Of a stretch of 64,000 nt of DNA, positions 26,031 through 40,127 are shown one piece after another. The notes beneath the pieces are model-generated. The model was not told the origin of the DNA. It saw only the letters and a program-made list of their open reading frames with translations, and ran no database searches. Each line of letters opens with the position of its first letter. Positions within the stretch are counted from its first letter, which is position 1. This stretch comes from Azolla caroliniana (taxonomy: Eukaryota; Plantae; Polypodiophyta), in assembly GCA_043228905.1 (NCBI GenBank), contig JBHGNT010000017.1:12090001-12154000 (forward strand). The letters are read 5' to 3'. The position numbers and the translations under genes were made by a program.

Positions 26031-27800
26031 CCCTCCGGCATGGGATGTCTCATTGGTTAGCATGTCCGACCCGTTCTCCTCCGTATGGATCTTCTACCTT
26101 CTCTCGGAGCCAATGATATCTCCTCTGGATGTGCTTAGTTTGGGAGTGGTAGGTTGCGTTCTTCGGAAGGAGGATGGCACTTTGACTACCGCAGTGGAGC
26201 CGATATTCCTCCTGCCAGATACCTAGATCTCCAATGAAGTCCTTCATCTAGAGTACTTCCTCGCCGGGTTCCATGGTTGCTATGTACTCAACTTCCGTTG
26301 TCGACAGGGAAACGGAATTTTGCAACCTCAACTACCATGATATGGCCCCCCCTGCATATGTCATAATGTATCTGGATGTAGACTGGTTGATATCAGCATC
26401 AACCGACATGTCTAAATTGGTGAAGCCTTCCAATAGGGGTTTCCTAGAGCTGAATTAGAGGCACATGCTCGAGGTGCCTCTGAGGTACCGGAGTATCCAC
26501 TTGACAGTAGCCCAGTGTTCTCTTCTCGGATTGCTCATGAACCGGCTGACCACTCCAACTGCATATCCGATATCTGGCCGGGTACACACCATTGCATACA
26601 TCAAGCTTCCAACAGCAAAGGAATATGGTATCTTCATCATCTCCGACATCTTTGCCTTTGTCTTTGGGCTCTGCTTCCCGGAAAGCTTGTAATTTTCCGG
26701 AAGGGTCGACCCGACCGGCTTAGCATCCGACATGCTGAATCGTTAGAGCACCTTCGTCATGTACTTTTCCTATGATAGCTACAATAGCTTCTTCGTCCAG
26801 TCCCGGACTATGTGCATCCCCAATATTTGTCTCGCCAGACCTAGATCTCTCATTGCGAAAGGTCTAGTTCAAGGCCTTCTTCAGATTTCCGACTTTGATC
26901 CGGTCCGGTCTGATGATCAACATGTCATCCACATACAATAGGAGTATCAGGAAGTCGCCTCTATCAAATTTCTTCATGAATACGCAATGATTGGCCTGCG
27001 TCTTGTGGTATCCCTGATCGGTCATGAAGGAGTCGAACTTCTGGTACCATTGTCGGGGAGCTTGCTTTAGTCCGTATAAGCTCTTCTTCAACCGACACAC
27101 AAGGTGCTCCCTCCCTTTCTTGACAAATCCCTCTGGCTGTTACATGTAGATCTCTTCTTCGAAGGCAAAGTGCAGAAACACCGTCTTGACGTCTAACCGC
27201 TCCACCTCAAGGTCCATGCTTTCCGCTATGCTCAACACCGTCTAGATGGATGTCATCTTCAGTACCGGGGCAAAGATCTCATCAAAATCCACTCCTTTCT
27301 TCTATTGAAAGCCCTTCACCACAATGCGAGCTTTGTATCTCGGTGGATTTCTGGCGTCTCCCGGTTTCAGCTTGTACACCCATTTATTTTGGAGTGCTCT
27401 CTTTCCTTTCAGCAACTTTGTCAATTCATATGTGTGGTTCTCATGCAAGGAATCCATCTCGTCCTGCATGGCACTTAACCACTTGCGGTTGTGGGTGTCT
27501 TTCTTTGCTTCTTTGAAGCTTTCTGGTGCCCCCTGGTCGGTCAATAAAACATGCTCTGCATCCGGAAATCTCCAGGGGGCTCTTCTCTCTCTTAGAGGGT
27601 ATCTCCGTCCTTGGTTTTCAACCACTAACTCCTCTATCTGTTCTTCATCCAAATCTGATTTGGGGTCTTGTCCGGTTCCGGTGTCCGATTCTTCTTCGGT
27701 TGGTTTGGTTCTTTGTATGGATCCGGCCAGTCCATCATGGTCTTCAGTTGCCATCCAACTTCCAACTGGATGTCCTTGCATCTTCCACTCGATCTGTGTC
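26031..27800 (-). pseudogene. Copia C RT and RNase H, disrupted
   Basis: CRLKKSLYGLKQAPRQW, LLYVDDML and HIQRRYHWLRE motifs; close paralog of Copia B pol. Confidence 0.85.
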
Positions 27801-27807
27801 GGTTCTG

Positions 27808-30800
27808 TTCTACAAAATTCTACTCTTTGCCCTAGATGTATTTATTCTCATACATCGTATGGGTTATTTACAAGTGTAGCACCTACTACACATTGTTATT
27901 ATTATTATTATTATGATAGTTATAATAATAATTGATAGCTAATCAACCGACTCTCTATTGTCGACTCTTCCATTCTGGGTACTTGACCCGAACAGTCGGC
28001 TCCTCCTTATCTTCGACTGTCGACCCTTCTCGGCCCGAACAATCGGATCCTCCCACTAGAGGGACATATTCCCAACAAATTCCTCCTTCTCTCATGTGGG
28101 AGGGAATCAGTCAATTCTGTCTTTTGTCGATAGACTCTAAGTCTGTCCATCAGCAGGTTCTTGGTCAGCCTGTCAGATCCATTTCCATCGGTATGGATCT
28201 TCTTGAGAGTAAACTTTGCTTTTTTGACTTTCTCCCGCAACTAGTGATACCTCCTCTGTATATGCTTAGTCTAGGAGTGGTATGCACCATTCTTGGCTAG
28301 ATGTATGGCACATTGGCTATCACAATGACGCAAGAGCTCTCTTTGTTTTATCCCCAGCCCGCTAAGAAGGTTTCTCATCCAAATCAGCTCTTTGCTGACC
28401 TCTACCGCTGCCATGTACTCTACCTTTGTGGTCGACAAGGCCACAGACTTCTGCAATCATGACTGCCACGACACTGCTCCCCCTGCATAGGTCATCACGT
28501 ACCCTAACGTGGATCGGCTTGAGTCTACATCCCCGACATGTCTCAGTCTATAAACCTTTTGAGCATGGGTTTTCTGACACCATACCATAGGCATATCCAG
28601 GAGGTGCCTTTCAAGTACCTTAGTATCCACTTCACTACTGTCTAGTGTTCTGTTCCTAGATTACTCATATATCAGCGTATTGTTCCCACAACAAAAGCTA
28701 TGTCTGGTCTAGTGCAGACCATAACATACGTTAGACTGTCGATGACTGAGGAATATGGTACTTTCTTCATCTCAGCCTTTTCTTTCTCCCCTCTCGGGCA
28801 TTGCATTGCACTTAACTTGCAGTTTGTCGGCATCACCGAGCCGACTGGCTTTGCTTTTGACATGTTGAACCTTTCTAGGATCTTTGTCCCATACTTCTGT
28901 TGTGACAACCACAACACTTTCTTAGTTCTGTCTTGAACTATGTGCACCCCCAAGATCTGTTTAGCTTGTCCAAGATCTTTCATGGCAAACGATTTTCCTA
29001 GAGCTTTCTTTAAGCTTCCGATCTTCCTTGTATCTTGACCAACTATCAACATGTCATCTACATATAATAAGAGAATCAAGAATTCACCTTCGTCTTACCT
29101 TTTGACGAACACACAATGATCCGACTGTGTTTTCAGGAACCCATGTTCCACCATGAAAGATTCAAACTTCTTGTACCACTAGCGTGGAACTTGTTTCAGG
29201 CCATACAAGCTTTTCTTCACTCAACACACTAGGTTCTCTTTCCATTTCTCCTCAAAGCCTTCGGACTATTGCATGTAGATCTCTTCATCCAGCTCCCCAT
29301 GCAAGAATGTTGTCTTACATCCAATTGTTTGATCTCTATGTCCATGGTCGCAACTATGCTCACAACGGTTCGAATGGATGTCATCTTTACGACTGGTGCG
29401 AAAATCTTGTCGAAGTTGACACCCTTTTTCTATTGGAACCCCTTCACCACTATGCAGGCTTTATACCTAAGCATGTTGTCGGGCCTTTCGATCTGGATAG
29501 TTGCGTGAGTCGGGTGGGTGGGAACCGCTGAAGTTTTGGACTAGGAGAAAGAAGAATAAGAGATAAGGTTTGTTACGAATAGATTGCAAGATGAAGATAT
29601 GAAACTCTTGAATCCCACGAGTATAGTGTATTAATTGATACTTAGATTGTAAGAGAGAAATAGATGGCAAAATCGTGAATCCCACGAATATTTTATATTA
29701 ATCAACCCTTATAAAAAATCAACCACCATATACATCTTTCTCTCTTCCTTATATAGTGATGGAAGAGGCTAATCATAGCATCATGCTTTTTCCTAAAGTG
29801 TTCATGCACACTAGACGTGCATGAGTTGCCTTTTTCAACCGTGAGTTTTTATTTCCTAAATATAGTGCTCATGCACGCTAGATGTGCATGAGTAATTGGC
29901 TTGCGTTTTTCTTCCAAATAAAGTTTTCACGCACTCTAAAAGTGCATGATTTACTTTCTTTCTTTTTGTAAAAATAGGCGTAAATATAACTCTTATATCT
30001 ATTAAATCTATATTTAGTACAACGGTAAAGTGTGGGTTTGTTTACATGGAGGTATAGGGTTCGAATCCTGCCCTATGCATGTAACAATATTTTCTTTTAT
30101 TTATTTATGCGTACTTAAATCGGATATTTTCTTTTACATATTTCACGTAGTGTGCGAATTACACTACGAGAACGTTGTCGAATTCTCCAGTATTCACCTT
30201 ATAGACCCATTTGTTCCTGAGTGCTCTATTACCTTTCGGTAATTCTACCAGGTCGTAGGTGTAGTTTTCATGCAAGGAGTCCATCTCGTTTTGTATTGCA
30301 CTCAACCATCTTTCTCTGTGCTTGTTGGCAATGGCTTCATCATAGCACTCTTGTTCACCTTCGCCAGTCAAGAGGATGTACTGAATGGCATATGTTGTCG
30401 GTGCTCTTCTCTCTCTGAGGGGATATCTCCTTCCATTTGTCGTTTGCTCCAACTCTGATGTCGCTCCCAATTCTTCTCTCAAGTCGGGTTCATTCATATT
30501 GATCGGTTGTCAGATGTCCATTGACTCCAATTCGTTTTCTTCGATCGACTTCAATAGGTTTGTCGATTCCGACTCATAGGTCGGTTGCTCTATGTCGATT
30601 AACTCCGATTTAGCTCTTCCATTTAGCTGTCTCCGATTATTCGACTGTGTCGGTTCAACTAGTCTTAAGGTGGTAGTCGAGGGTGATTGGGGAGTCGATT
30701 CCAACTTCGGTTTCTTCCATTGCTCAATTGTTTTATCTTCACAACATGCATATACATTAAGCATCTGCATATACATTAAGCATATGCACACCCTCAGGTG

Positions 30801-33151
30801 TAGGTAGGACACATCCTTTCCTGTCCACACCCTTTGTGGGACATCACCTTTCAGTGGTACTAAGGAAGACCTGTTGATTAGGTAAACCGCTGTGTACATC
30901 ACCTTCGGTAGTTTAACATTAGAGAACATGCTCCTTACTCTCTCCATGATTGTTCGATTCATCCTCTCTGCAAGCCCATTCAACTCAGGGGTCTTTGGTA
31001 CAATGTATTTGATTCGAATACCCTGGGGCTTGCAGTATTCCTCGAACTGTCCTCTATATTTTCCACCATTGCATCCACATAACACACATTGGTGTGTACT
31101 AGTTCCAGTGGCACTTCTTGTCTTCTTGGTGGTCTTGAGTGGAAGGTCACTCTGTTCTGCTTTCCAGTCAAGCAGTCGATACACTTATCCAGATGCACTC
31201 TCTTTACCTTTGGTAGAAGTTTTTGGTCGGCTAACATATGTAGACCCGTCTCACTCATGTGGCCTATCCTCTTATGCCATATCTTTCCTGCCAAGTCGGC
31301 TACCACATTCACTTCTGACTTTCACAATCAGGCTTGCATCATATACAATGTGCCTTCTTTCTGTGCTCGGGCCACTATAAGATTTCCTTGGTAGAACGTC
31401 TACTTGACATTCCGAAAACTACCATTGTAGCCTTCATCGTCTAGTCTTCGAGTCGATATAAGATTCAATCTAATGACGGGGACATGTCGAACATCCTTTA
31501 GAGTCAGTTGACACCCTGTCAATGTCGTCAAACAAACACTTACGATTCATGGTATCTTGCACTCCCCCTTATCACCCATCTTTACATAGCCATGTTCCTC
31601 GACTATGTAAGTCGAGAAATACTCTCTCGACGGAGTACTCTGGAAAGATGTACTGCAATCGATCCCCCAAGTGCATTCTTCGCTTGCCAGGTTTGCACTT
31701 TCTTGTTCACAAATGAACAAGAGTTCTTCATTGCTCGTAGCAATGGACGAAGTGTTCTTTTCATTAGGAATCTTCCTAGGTTCGACGCCATTTCCGACAC
31801 CTTTGTCCTTCCTCATGTATCGACAGTCCTTCTGGAAGTTTCCAGGTTTTCCGTAGTAGAAGCATATTAGGTTACCTCTAAACTTCGACCTGGCTCGAGA
31901 CTTTTCTCTCCTTGGTGGACTCCTTTACCGGTCCCTTCCTTTGCCTATGTGTCGAGTCAAGTTTGACTCCGACTGGACCGGGACACCCTTGTCCTTCCTT
32001 TTGGTCTCCTCGTTCAAGATACTTGTCTTCACGGCTTGAAGAGAGAGGTTCTATTCTTGACACGAGGTGCTCAAAGTCACCACTAGATTTTCCTAGCTGT
32101 CCGGTAGGGTGCACAGTAGCAAGATGGCCTGCACTGCATCTTCGAGGGGGAACTTGGTTGCGGCAAGTTGATTTACGTACCCCATGAATGTGCTGATGTG
32201 TTTGACAATGCTCTCATTGACTTTGTATTTCAGCCGTAAGATCTTTCTCATCAGTGAGGTTTTATTGAGGGCGTTCTTTCTCTCATATAGACCTTACAGC
32301 ATCTGCCACATCTCATGGGCATTCGTGTCGTTCGCCACATGCTGAAGGACACTTATATCGACGCATTGTCGGATGGTGGCCACTGCGTTTCTGTTAAGAA
32401 GTTTCCATTCCGATTCTAATACCCTCGTGGGTTTTCCTGCTCTCTTGATCGGCTCGTACAGATCTTTGACTAAAAGAAGGTCCTCCAGCTTAATCTTCCA
32501 GTCCGCATAGTTCTGAGAGTTTAGAACTATCATACCCGGGAAGCCGCTCACACCTCCTTCCATGCTTGCACCTCAAGGTCTAATACTAGTTTAAAGAGAA
32601 TCGATTCATCAATCCACAATAGATATGCTGAAAGTACACAACTCAGAACAGAAACCAACAAGATGAATAGAAAATACAGTGCACACAGATTTACGTGGAA
32701 ACCCTACAATGGGAAAACCACGGGGAAACAAAACCTTCTCTATACAATGGAACATGTACAAAGGAAAATATTACAACACTCTCTACTGTGAAGTGTATCA
32801 GCCTCAAAGGGCTCTTGGCATCTGCTGTTACGAACAGAGCTATGGTGCCGCACTCTCACGCTACGGAGACTAACTCCTTTTGTTTTTTCTACACAATTCT
32901 ACTCTTTGCCCTAGATGAATTTATACTCATACAACATATGGGTTATTTAGAAGTGTAGCCCCTACTACACATCGTTACTACTACTATTTATAGTTATAAT
33001 AATAATCGACAGTTAATCAGCTAACTCTCTACTGTCGACTCTTCGATCCTCGGTACTCGACCCGAAGAATTGGTTCCTCCTTGTCTTCGATTGTCAGCTC
33101 TTCTCAGCCCGAACAGTCGGCTCCTCCCACTGGAGGGACATATTCCCAACA
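27808..33151 (-). mobile_element. Copia D (Tork-like, degenerate) nested in Copia C; 3' LTR truncated
   Basis: 5' LTR ~32591-33151 and partial 3' LTR ~27808-28077; gag starts at 32563 (MEGGVSGFPGMIVLNSQNYADWKIK); PR, INT, RT and RNase H fragments at 28090-32563. Confidence 0.85.
29482..30171. mobile_element. Unclassified 690-bp non-autonomous insertion in Copia D RT
   Basis: Flanked by the 9-bp direct repeat ATGTTGTCG/ACGTTGTCG. Removing it restores the ...TGEFDN-M-LRYKA frame. No TIR; terminal hairpin; tRNA-like A/B boxes. Confidence 0.75.
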
Positions 33152-33404
33152 CTGAGGACTCCGATTCCAGCCTCTTCCCTAGTTATGGTCGTCTTCTGTA
33201 ACCGAAGCCTTTGGGTCTGTTCCGGACTCACGGTCCTTCCGACGAGCTTCTTCGTTTAGCAAACTTGAATTCATACTCTCCAGGTATAAGTTCTTTCCTT
33301 CCAATCCGGCATTTCCTAGAGGGACAACCAATGTCCCCCAACTATCCGAAAGGGACTTGAGCAATAACAATGGGGTGAAAGCATGCGAGTGGAAACAATT
33401 AGCT

Positions 33405-33580
33405 ATGTGCTTGACATAACTAATTACCTATGCAAAAAGCTACCATTGATAAATAGTCATTTTTGGAAAGAGCTACCATTGATAAACTAGCTATGCAAAA
33501 AGCTACCATTGATAAATAGTCATTTTTGGAAAGAGCTACCTTTGATAAACTAGCTATGCAAAAAGCTACCATTGAAAATA
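33405..33580. repeat. Left subterminal repeats (AGCTACCATTGATAAA units; ~60-bp duplication)
   Basis: Directly visible. Confidence 0.7.
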
Positions 33581-33749
33581 GTAGAGAGTTTTAATTATAT
33601 AAATGAGCACCATAAATGTGCAACATAAACCTACAACATAAATTGATATGTGCACAATAAATTATATACCGAATTCCTAGGTCCATTATGTATGATCCTT
33701 TGCCACATCACGTGGGCCATCTTTGGTTGAGTATTCTAGCTTAGATTAC

Positions 33750-34790
33750 TACCATTGTTGCGAAACCCGATTGAGTCCACTCCTCCATTGCCGCCATTCT
33801 ACAATTAGTTACCGACACTGTGTGGTTCAAGTATCATCTGCCATTGTTCGATCTGACAGAGTTCACACCTTCATTACTGCCATTCTGCACTCAATTGCCG
33901 CCACTATTCAGTCCAAGCATCATCTGCCAAGTTCACTCCTCCATTGCCGCCATTGTACACTTAGTTGCCGCTACTGTGAAGGTTGTATATTGCTGCCACT
34001 TTTCGATCTTACGGAGTTAACTCCTCCACTGCCGCCATTCTACTCTCAGTTGCCATCATTGTGCATTCCAAGCATCATCTGCCACTGTTTGATCTGACGG
34101 AGTTCACTCCATTGCCATCATTCTACACTCAATTGCCGCTACAATTCGGTGACCGGTCCTTTATTGCTGCCACTTTTTGATTTGACGGAGTTCACTCATC
34201 CATTGCCATCATTCTACACGTGTTGCCGCTACTGTTCGGTCGTGTATTGCTGCCACTTTTCAATCTGAGGGAGTTCACTCCTTCTCCACTGCCGCCATTG
34301 TACTCTCAGTTGTCGTCATTGTTGGTTCCAAGCATCATCTGCCACTGTTCGATCTGACAGAGTTCACTCCTCCATTGCCATCATTCTACTCTTAGTTGCC
34401 GCTACTGCTCTGTCCTGGATTGCTACGACTTTTCGATTTGACAGAGTTCACTCATCCATTTCCATCATTCTACACTTAGTTGTCGCTACTGTTCGGTGGT
34501 GTATTGTTGCCACTTTTCGATCTGAAGGAGTTCAGTCCTTCTCCACTGTGAAGATTCTACTCTCAGTTGTCGTCACTGTGCGTTCCAAGCATCATCTGTC
34601 ACTGTTTGATCCGACGGAATTCACTCCTCCATTGCCATCATTCTATACCCAGTGGCCGCCATTGTTAGGTCCTGGATTGTCAGAACTGTTCGATCAAACG
34701 GAGTTCACTCCTCCACTACCGTCATTCTACACTTAGTTGCCACCACTATTCGGACCTGGATTATTGCCATTGCTTGGTCTTGGATTTGAA
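33750..34790. repeat. ~82-90-bp tandem repeat array (~12 copies; ~258-bp higher-order unit)
   Basis: Recurring GATCTGACGGAGTTCACTCCTCCA(C/T)TGCC; CCAAGCATCATCTG recurs at ~34068, ~34328 and ~34586. Confidence 0.85.
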
Positions 34791-34933
34791 TAACTATTCT
34801 GTCTGTTGATTATCTTGTGTATTCTTGTGTATATGTGTATTGCGGAATATTTTTGTGTATTGTTGTTGCCCATAGGCATCTTTAATACGTGTCTTTTTTT
34901 TGGGAAAATTAGGGTTTAAACCCGTCAAGCCAA

Positions 34934-37900
34934 ATGGAAGGGGAAGGAGGGTGTTTAGAATTACCCCTCGATGATCATCAGGATAGGGATGATGCTATCA
35001 GGACACAACAAGCGATACGAAAGTATTGGCCAGAAAAAAAAAAGAAAACATCGTGAATTGTTGAAGGATACGAAAGCCACACTCACTAAAGGTAAAGATA
35101 GTATTGGTTGGGATACAGGTCTAAATATCACTGAGAATGGAAGTAATGAGACTACTATCATAGAGAGAAAGGTTTTAGACTATTTCAATGTTCAAACCAA
35201 GCACATCAACAATGAAGACAAGAAGGTAGTACTTTATGGAATATTAAATGATCCATCGATAAAGGAGTTAGTTGATTGTGATGGTCTTAATGCAAACATA
35301 ACATCTATATTAGTAAATAATCTCCGTAATAGTTTCGTATTCATGAGCAGGTCAGAAGATGATCTTGTCTTAAAAAGGTCTAGTCTAATGATGTTACTTA
35401 ATAGTGATGTTGACGATATTAACATCAGTGTGTTATCTAAGGTAATTGGTGTTAGTAGAAAAAGTGTGTACAATACATTGAACCGAATAGTTTCCTCGGG
35501 TGAAGGAACTAATCTACTAAAGCTAACAACAAGATGTAAGCCAATGACACCCATAACATCATAAATCAAGGATATAATCACAATATTTTGGACTAATGAG
35601 AGTAGGGTTTCACCCAATAAGAAGGATTTATGTAGGAAACGTGTTGGAAGGAGTCAATATGAGGAGCATCCCATTCATCTTCTTGATGTACCTCAAATAT
35701 TTACATTTATCTCAACATTTTTTTTGACTTTTGAGCTTACGTAGTTAGCTTATTAGCTACCTCAGAATATGACCATAGCTAACTAGCTACCAGTAATAGC
35801 TAATTAGCTACCATAATAGCTAATTAGCTCACTAAGTATATAAAAAATAACTATTTAGCTACTAGAATAACTAATTAGCTACCATTCATAGCTATTTAAC
35901 TACAACAATAGCTAACTAGCTGGTTATAATAATAGCTAATTAGCAACGAGAATTGTTAATCCCCTACTGGAATAACTATTGTACTAAACTATGGTAGTAG
36001 CTAATTAGCTACCATTTGACTAATTAGCTACTACTTAGCTAATTAGCTACTGTATTAAACTATGCTAGTAGTTAATTAGCTACCACTTAGCTAATTAGCG
36101 ACTCAGCTAAAGTATGGTCGTAGCTAATTCGCCACTATAACTAAAGTATGGTAGTAGCTAATTAGCTACTCAACTAAAGTATGGTGTAGCTAATTAGCTA
36201 CTTAGCTGAAGTATGGTAGTAGCTAATTAGCTACCACTTAACTATTTAACTATTGTACTAAACTATGGTAGTAGCTAATTAGCTAGGTGGTAGCTGATTA
36301 TCTACTCAACTAAAGTATGGTAGTAGATAATTAGCTACCACTTAGCTAATTAGCTACTCAACTGAAGTATGGTAGTAGCTAATTAGCTACCAGTTAGCTA
36401 ACTAGCGACTCAGCTAAAGGATAGTAGTAGCTAATTAGCCACTATAGCTAAAGTATGGTAGTAGCTAATTAGCTACCACCTAACTATTTAGCTATTGTAC
36501 TAAACGATGGTAGTTGCTAATTAGCTAAGTGGTAGCTAATTAGCTACTCAGCTAAAGTATCGTAGTAGCTAATTAGCTACCACTTAGCTAATTAGCGACT
36601 CCGTTAAAGTATGGTACTAGCTAATTAGCCACTATAACTAAAGTATGGTAGTAGCTAATTAGCTAAGTGGTAGCTAATTAGCTATTGTACTAAACTATGG
36701 TAGTCGCTAATTAGCTACCACTTAGCTAATTAGCTATTGTACTAAACTATGGTAGTAGCTAATTAGCTACCATTGAGCTAATTAGCTACTGTATTAAACT
36801 ATGGTAGTAGCTAATTAGCTACTCAACTAAAGTATGGTAGTAGCTAATTAGCTACTTAACTAAAGTATGGTAGTAGCTAATTAGCTATTGTACTAAACTA
36901 TGGTAGTAGCTAATTAGCTACCATACTAAACTATTTAGGTACCAGTTAGCTAATGTATTAAACTATGGTAGTAGCTTAGCTAATTAGCTACTCAACTAAA
37001 GTATGGTAGTAGCTAATTAGCTACCATTTAACTAATTAGCTACTGTACTAAACTATGGTAGTAGCTAATTAGCTACTATACTAAACTATGGTAGTAGCTA
37101 ATTAGCTACCACTTGGCTAATTAGCTACTCAAGTAAAGTATGGTAGTAGCTAATTAGCTACCACTTAGCTAATTAGTTGTTGTACAAACTATGGTAGTAG
37201 CTAATTAGCTACCACTTAGCTATAGAGCTAAATCAGTATGTCCATTTTATTACGCAGGTCAATTTATTTATTAGGTTCTGACGAATGCATCCAAATATCG
37301 AAGTTCAACTACGAACATTCGAGTCTCTTAAGCCACACTTTGTGAGACGCTTGAAGGATCGATACACATGTTGTTGCATTTACCATTTACAAATGGGTTT
37401 TCTCAAGGACTCTGTTAATCTCCTAGGTCACCATAGCGCCTCCCTAACAAATGTAGTTTGCGCTTGTCTGTGCCCAATTTGTCTATCGAGCCCGCATGAG
37501 CACTGTAAATCATCTGAGCATGTTATCTTTTCCATGAGTTGTCTTTTAGATTCAGTATTGTGTCCGATAGAAACTGAGGCCATCTTCCACAATCATAAAT
37601 GTGTCATGGGTTTATGTCAAGATTGTGGCCCTAGTAGATTTAGGTGGTGTCCAAATGAATTGAGTAGTGAAATATTAATCTCTATCAAGTTATTTGAGTC
37701 AGGTGATACCAATTTCGAAGGAAAGGTGTGTAAAAGAAAGGATCTAGTTAGGTAGTCGCTTAAACCAAGGGATTTGGCGTCTCTATTTGTATTATCTCTA
37801 GGAAAGTTCATTAAACATAACTTCATTTATTCATGGCAAGCCCTTTAGTTTAAGACTTGCATATCTGATTTTCCAAATGATGTAGTAGTTTCAGTAGTAG

Positions 37901-40127
37901 ATTTCGCAGAGAATTATACTTTCAAGCAGCAAAATGAAATTCAATCTACCGGGAAATGCACGGTTAGTAAACAGTGCGTAATGTAGAATATATTAGATGC
38001 TTGGGGAAATGTTGTATCTACCGGGACATTCTACATCGAAGGTATTTTTTATGCAAGACTAGATGATTACAATTATGTGTATAGGCTATTAGAAGACAAA
38101 CCAGTGGCGTACATTTACTCTCATTTGGTCAGGTGCATCAATGTCCCAATGTCGCAATACAATAGTTGCGCAAGTTTATACACAGTTAGTGCTAATGTGT
38201 ATGAATGTATTTACAATAGTATGCCATGGAATTTGTAGCTACAAGTAGCAATTACCAGTTTTCTTGTAAAACAAACAAAGCACATGTATTGCAAATAAAC
38301 AGTTTAATGGACCTCTTTGGAAGTTTTTAATAATATATACAGTCTACTTTTTGTGCTTCTTTCTCACAAAATTGTGTGTCATTTTTATATACAGTCTTCT
38401 TTCTGATATATAGTTTAATAATATCATTTAGGGTTCTTCTTTCTAAGATATAGATTTACTCAAGTGAACCATGTACAAGTTAAAATAGTTTGCATAATTT
38501 TAAGAAAAAGCACTATCATGAAATCAACAATTTAATTACACAATAGATAAGTTACTCAAAACAAGCAATATAATTCTTCATTGATTAAGTGGTCCGACAG
38601 AAACTGAGGCCATCTTCCACAATCATAAATGTGTCATGGGTTTATGTCAAGATTGTGGCCCTAGTAGATTTAGGTGGTGTCCAAATTAATTGAGTAATGA
38701 AATATTAATCTTTGTCAAGTTATTTGAGTCAGTGGACACCAATTTCGAAGGAAAGGTGTGTAAAAGAAAGGATCTAGTTAGGAAGTCGCTTAAACCAAGG
38801 GATTTGGCGTCTCTATTTGTAGTATCTTTAGGAAAGTTCATTGAACACAACTTCATTTATTCATGGCACGCCCATCAGTTTAAGACTTGCATATCTGATT
38901 TTCCAAATGATGTAGTAGTCTCAGTAGTAGATTTCGCAGAGAATTATACTTTCAAGCAGCAAAATGAAATTCAATCTATGCATTGGTGTTCAGCGCAGGT
39001 AACCATTTTTGTGCACATAACATATTTTCGAGTTTCGGGTGATGTTAAAAAAGTAATTCATTTTTTTATTTCTGATGATAAGAAGCTTGATACCTTGTTT
39101 GTCCAACATTGTTTTAACTTACATTGGCAATGGTTATTAGCTAAACGTTTGGAGCTTACTCAACATTGGGTTTGGTCTGATGGAGATGCGTCAAAATTCA
39201 AGGCTAGACGTCCATTTTATTTTGTGGGGAGGTATCCTGCTATAATAGGTTTGGAGATGAGATGGAATTTTTTTGGGTCTGGCCATGGTAAAGGTGAACA
39301 GGATGGTGCAGGTGCTGTTATAAAGTGGGCACTTACCCATGAACAACTAAAGGCAAATGGTGTGTAGATGAATTGTGCAGCACATGTAGTTGAATTTTTA
39401 AGAGCTAATATGTCAACGAGTGCAACTGGTGTTTATTCATCGCAGGTCCGAGATATCAAACGTGAATTTTGGGAACTGAAGATAGATGAAGTAAATAGGG
39501 AGTAGACCTGGGAGTGCCAAGGAATTTCCTAATTGCGATCTCTCCATGTTGTTCGCGGCTATTCTAGGTTGGATGGTTATTGTATTGCGGTTAGAGAATT
39601 AACTTGCTTTTGCTTCCATTGTGTGCAGGGAAATTGGAGGTATTGTTTAAACAAAGCATATATTCAGAATTGGGAGTATCATACATTGAACGATAAGGAT
39701 GTAGTTGATGGAGAAACAAAAAAGAATGCTGACTTCACATATCAAGGACGTGGAGATACTCTGAGTGATGTCTTAAATGTTGGGGATAATTTTGTTGTAA
39801 ATGTAGAAGAAGGCAATTTAGAGGGTGTTGATTTCTATATATTGAAGTGTATGGTTAGTAAATAGTGTGCAACACAGAATATATTTGATGCTTGGGGAAA
39901 TGTTGTATCTACCGGGACATTCTACATCGAAGGTATTTTTTATGCAAGACTAGATGATTAGGACTATGTGTAGGCTATTAGAAGACAAACTAGTGGCGTA
40001 CATGTACTCTCATTTGGTCAGGTGCATCAATGTCCCAATGTCGCAATACAATAGCTACTCAGGTTTATACACAGTTAGTGCTAATGTGTATGAATGTATA
40101 TACAACAGTATGCCATGGAATTTGTAG
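34934..40127 (+). pseudogene. Sola-type DDD transposase, intron-containing, disrupted and partially duplicated
   Basis: Exon 1 ~34934-35696 (FWTNESRVSPNKKD...HPIHLL); acceptor at 37257; Cys-rich region; VVDFAENY..EIQSMHW, WSDG..KFK and FFGSGHGKGEQDGAG; C-terminal CFCFHC. Several stops, one A-run frameshift, and an apparent GT>AT donor. Confidence 0.8.
35740..37229. repeat. TAGCTAATTAGCTA palindromic minisatellite array 1 (in the transposase intron)
   Basis: Dozens of copies of the 14-bp palindrome in ~19-bp and ~31-bp units. Confidence 0.95.

Noticed and set aside
30013-30082. Functional tRNA gene (also 3459-3522, 14141-14210, 59111-59170)
   Set aside because: A/B boxes are present but I cannot fold convincing acceptor and anticodon stems; treated as tRNA-derived.
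35740-37229. CRISPR-like appearance of palindromic repeats with short spacers (also 33750-34790)
   Set aside because: Spacers are themselves repeated and degenerate, there are no cas genes, and the context is a eukaryotic intron or transposon.
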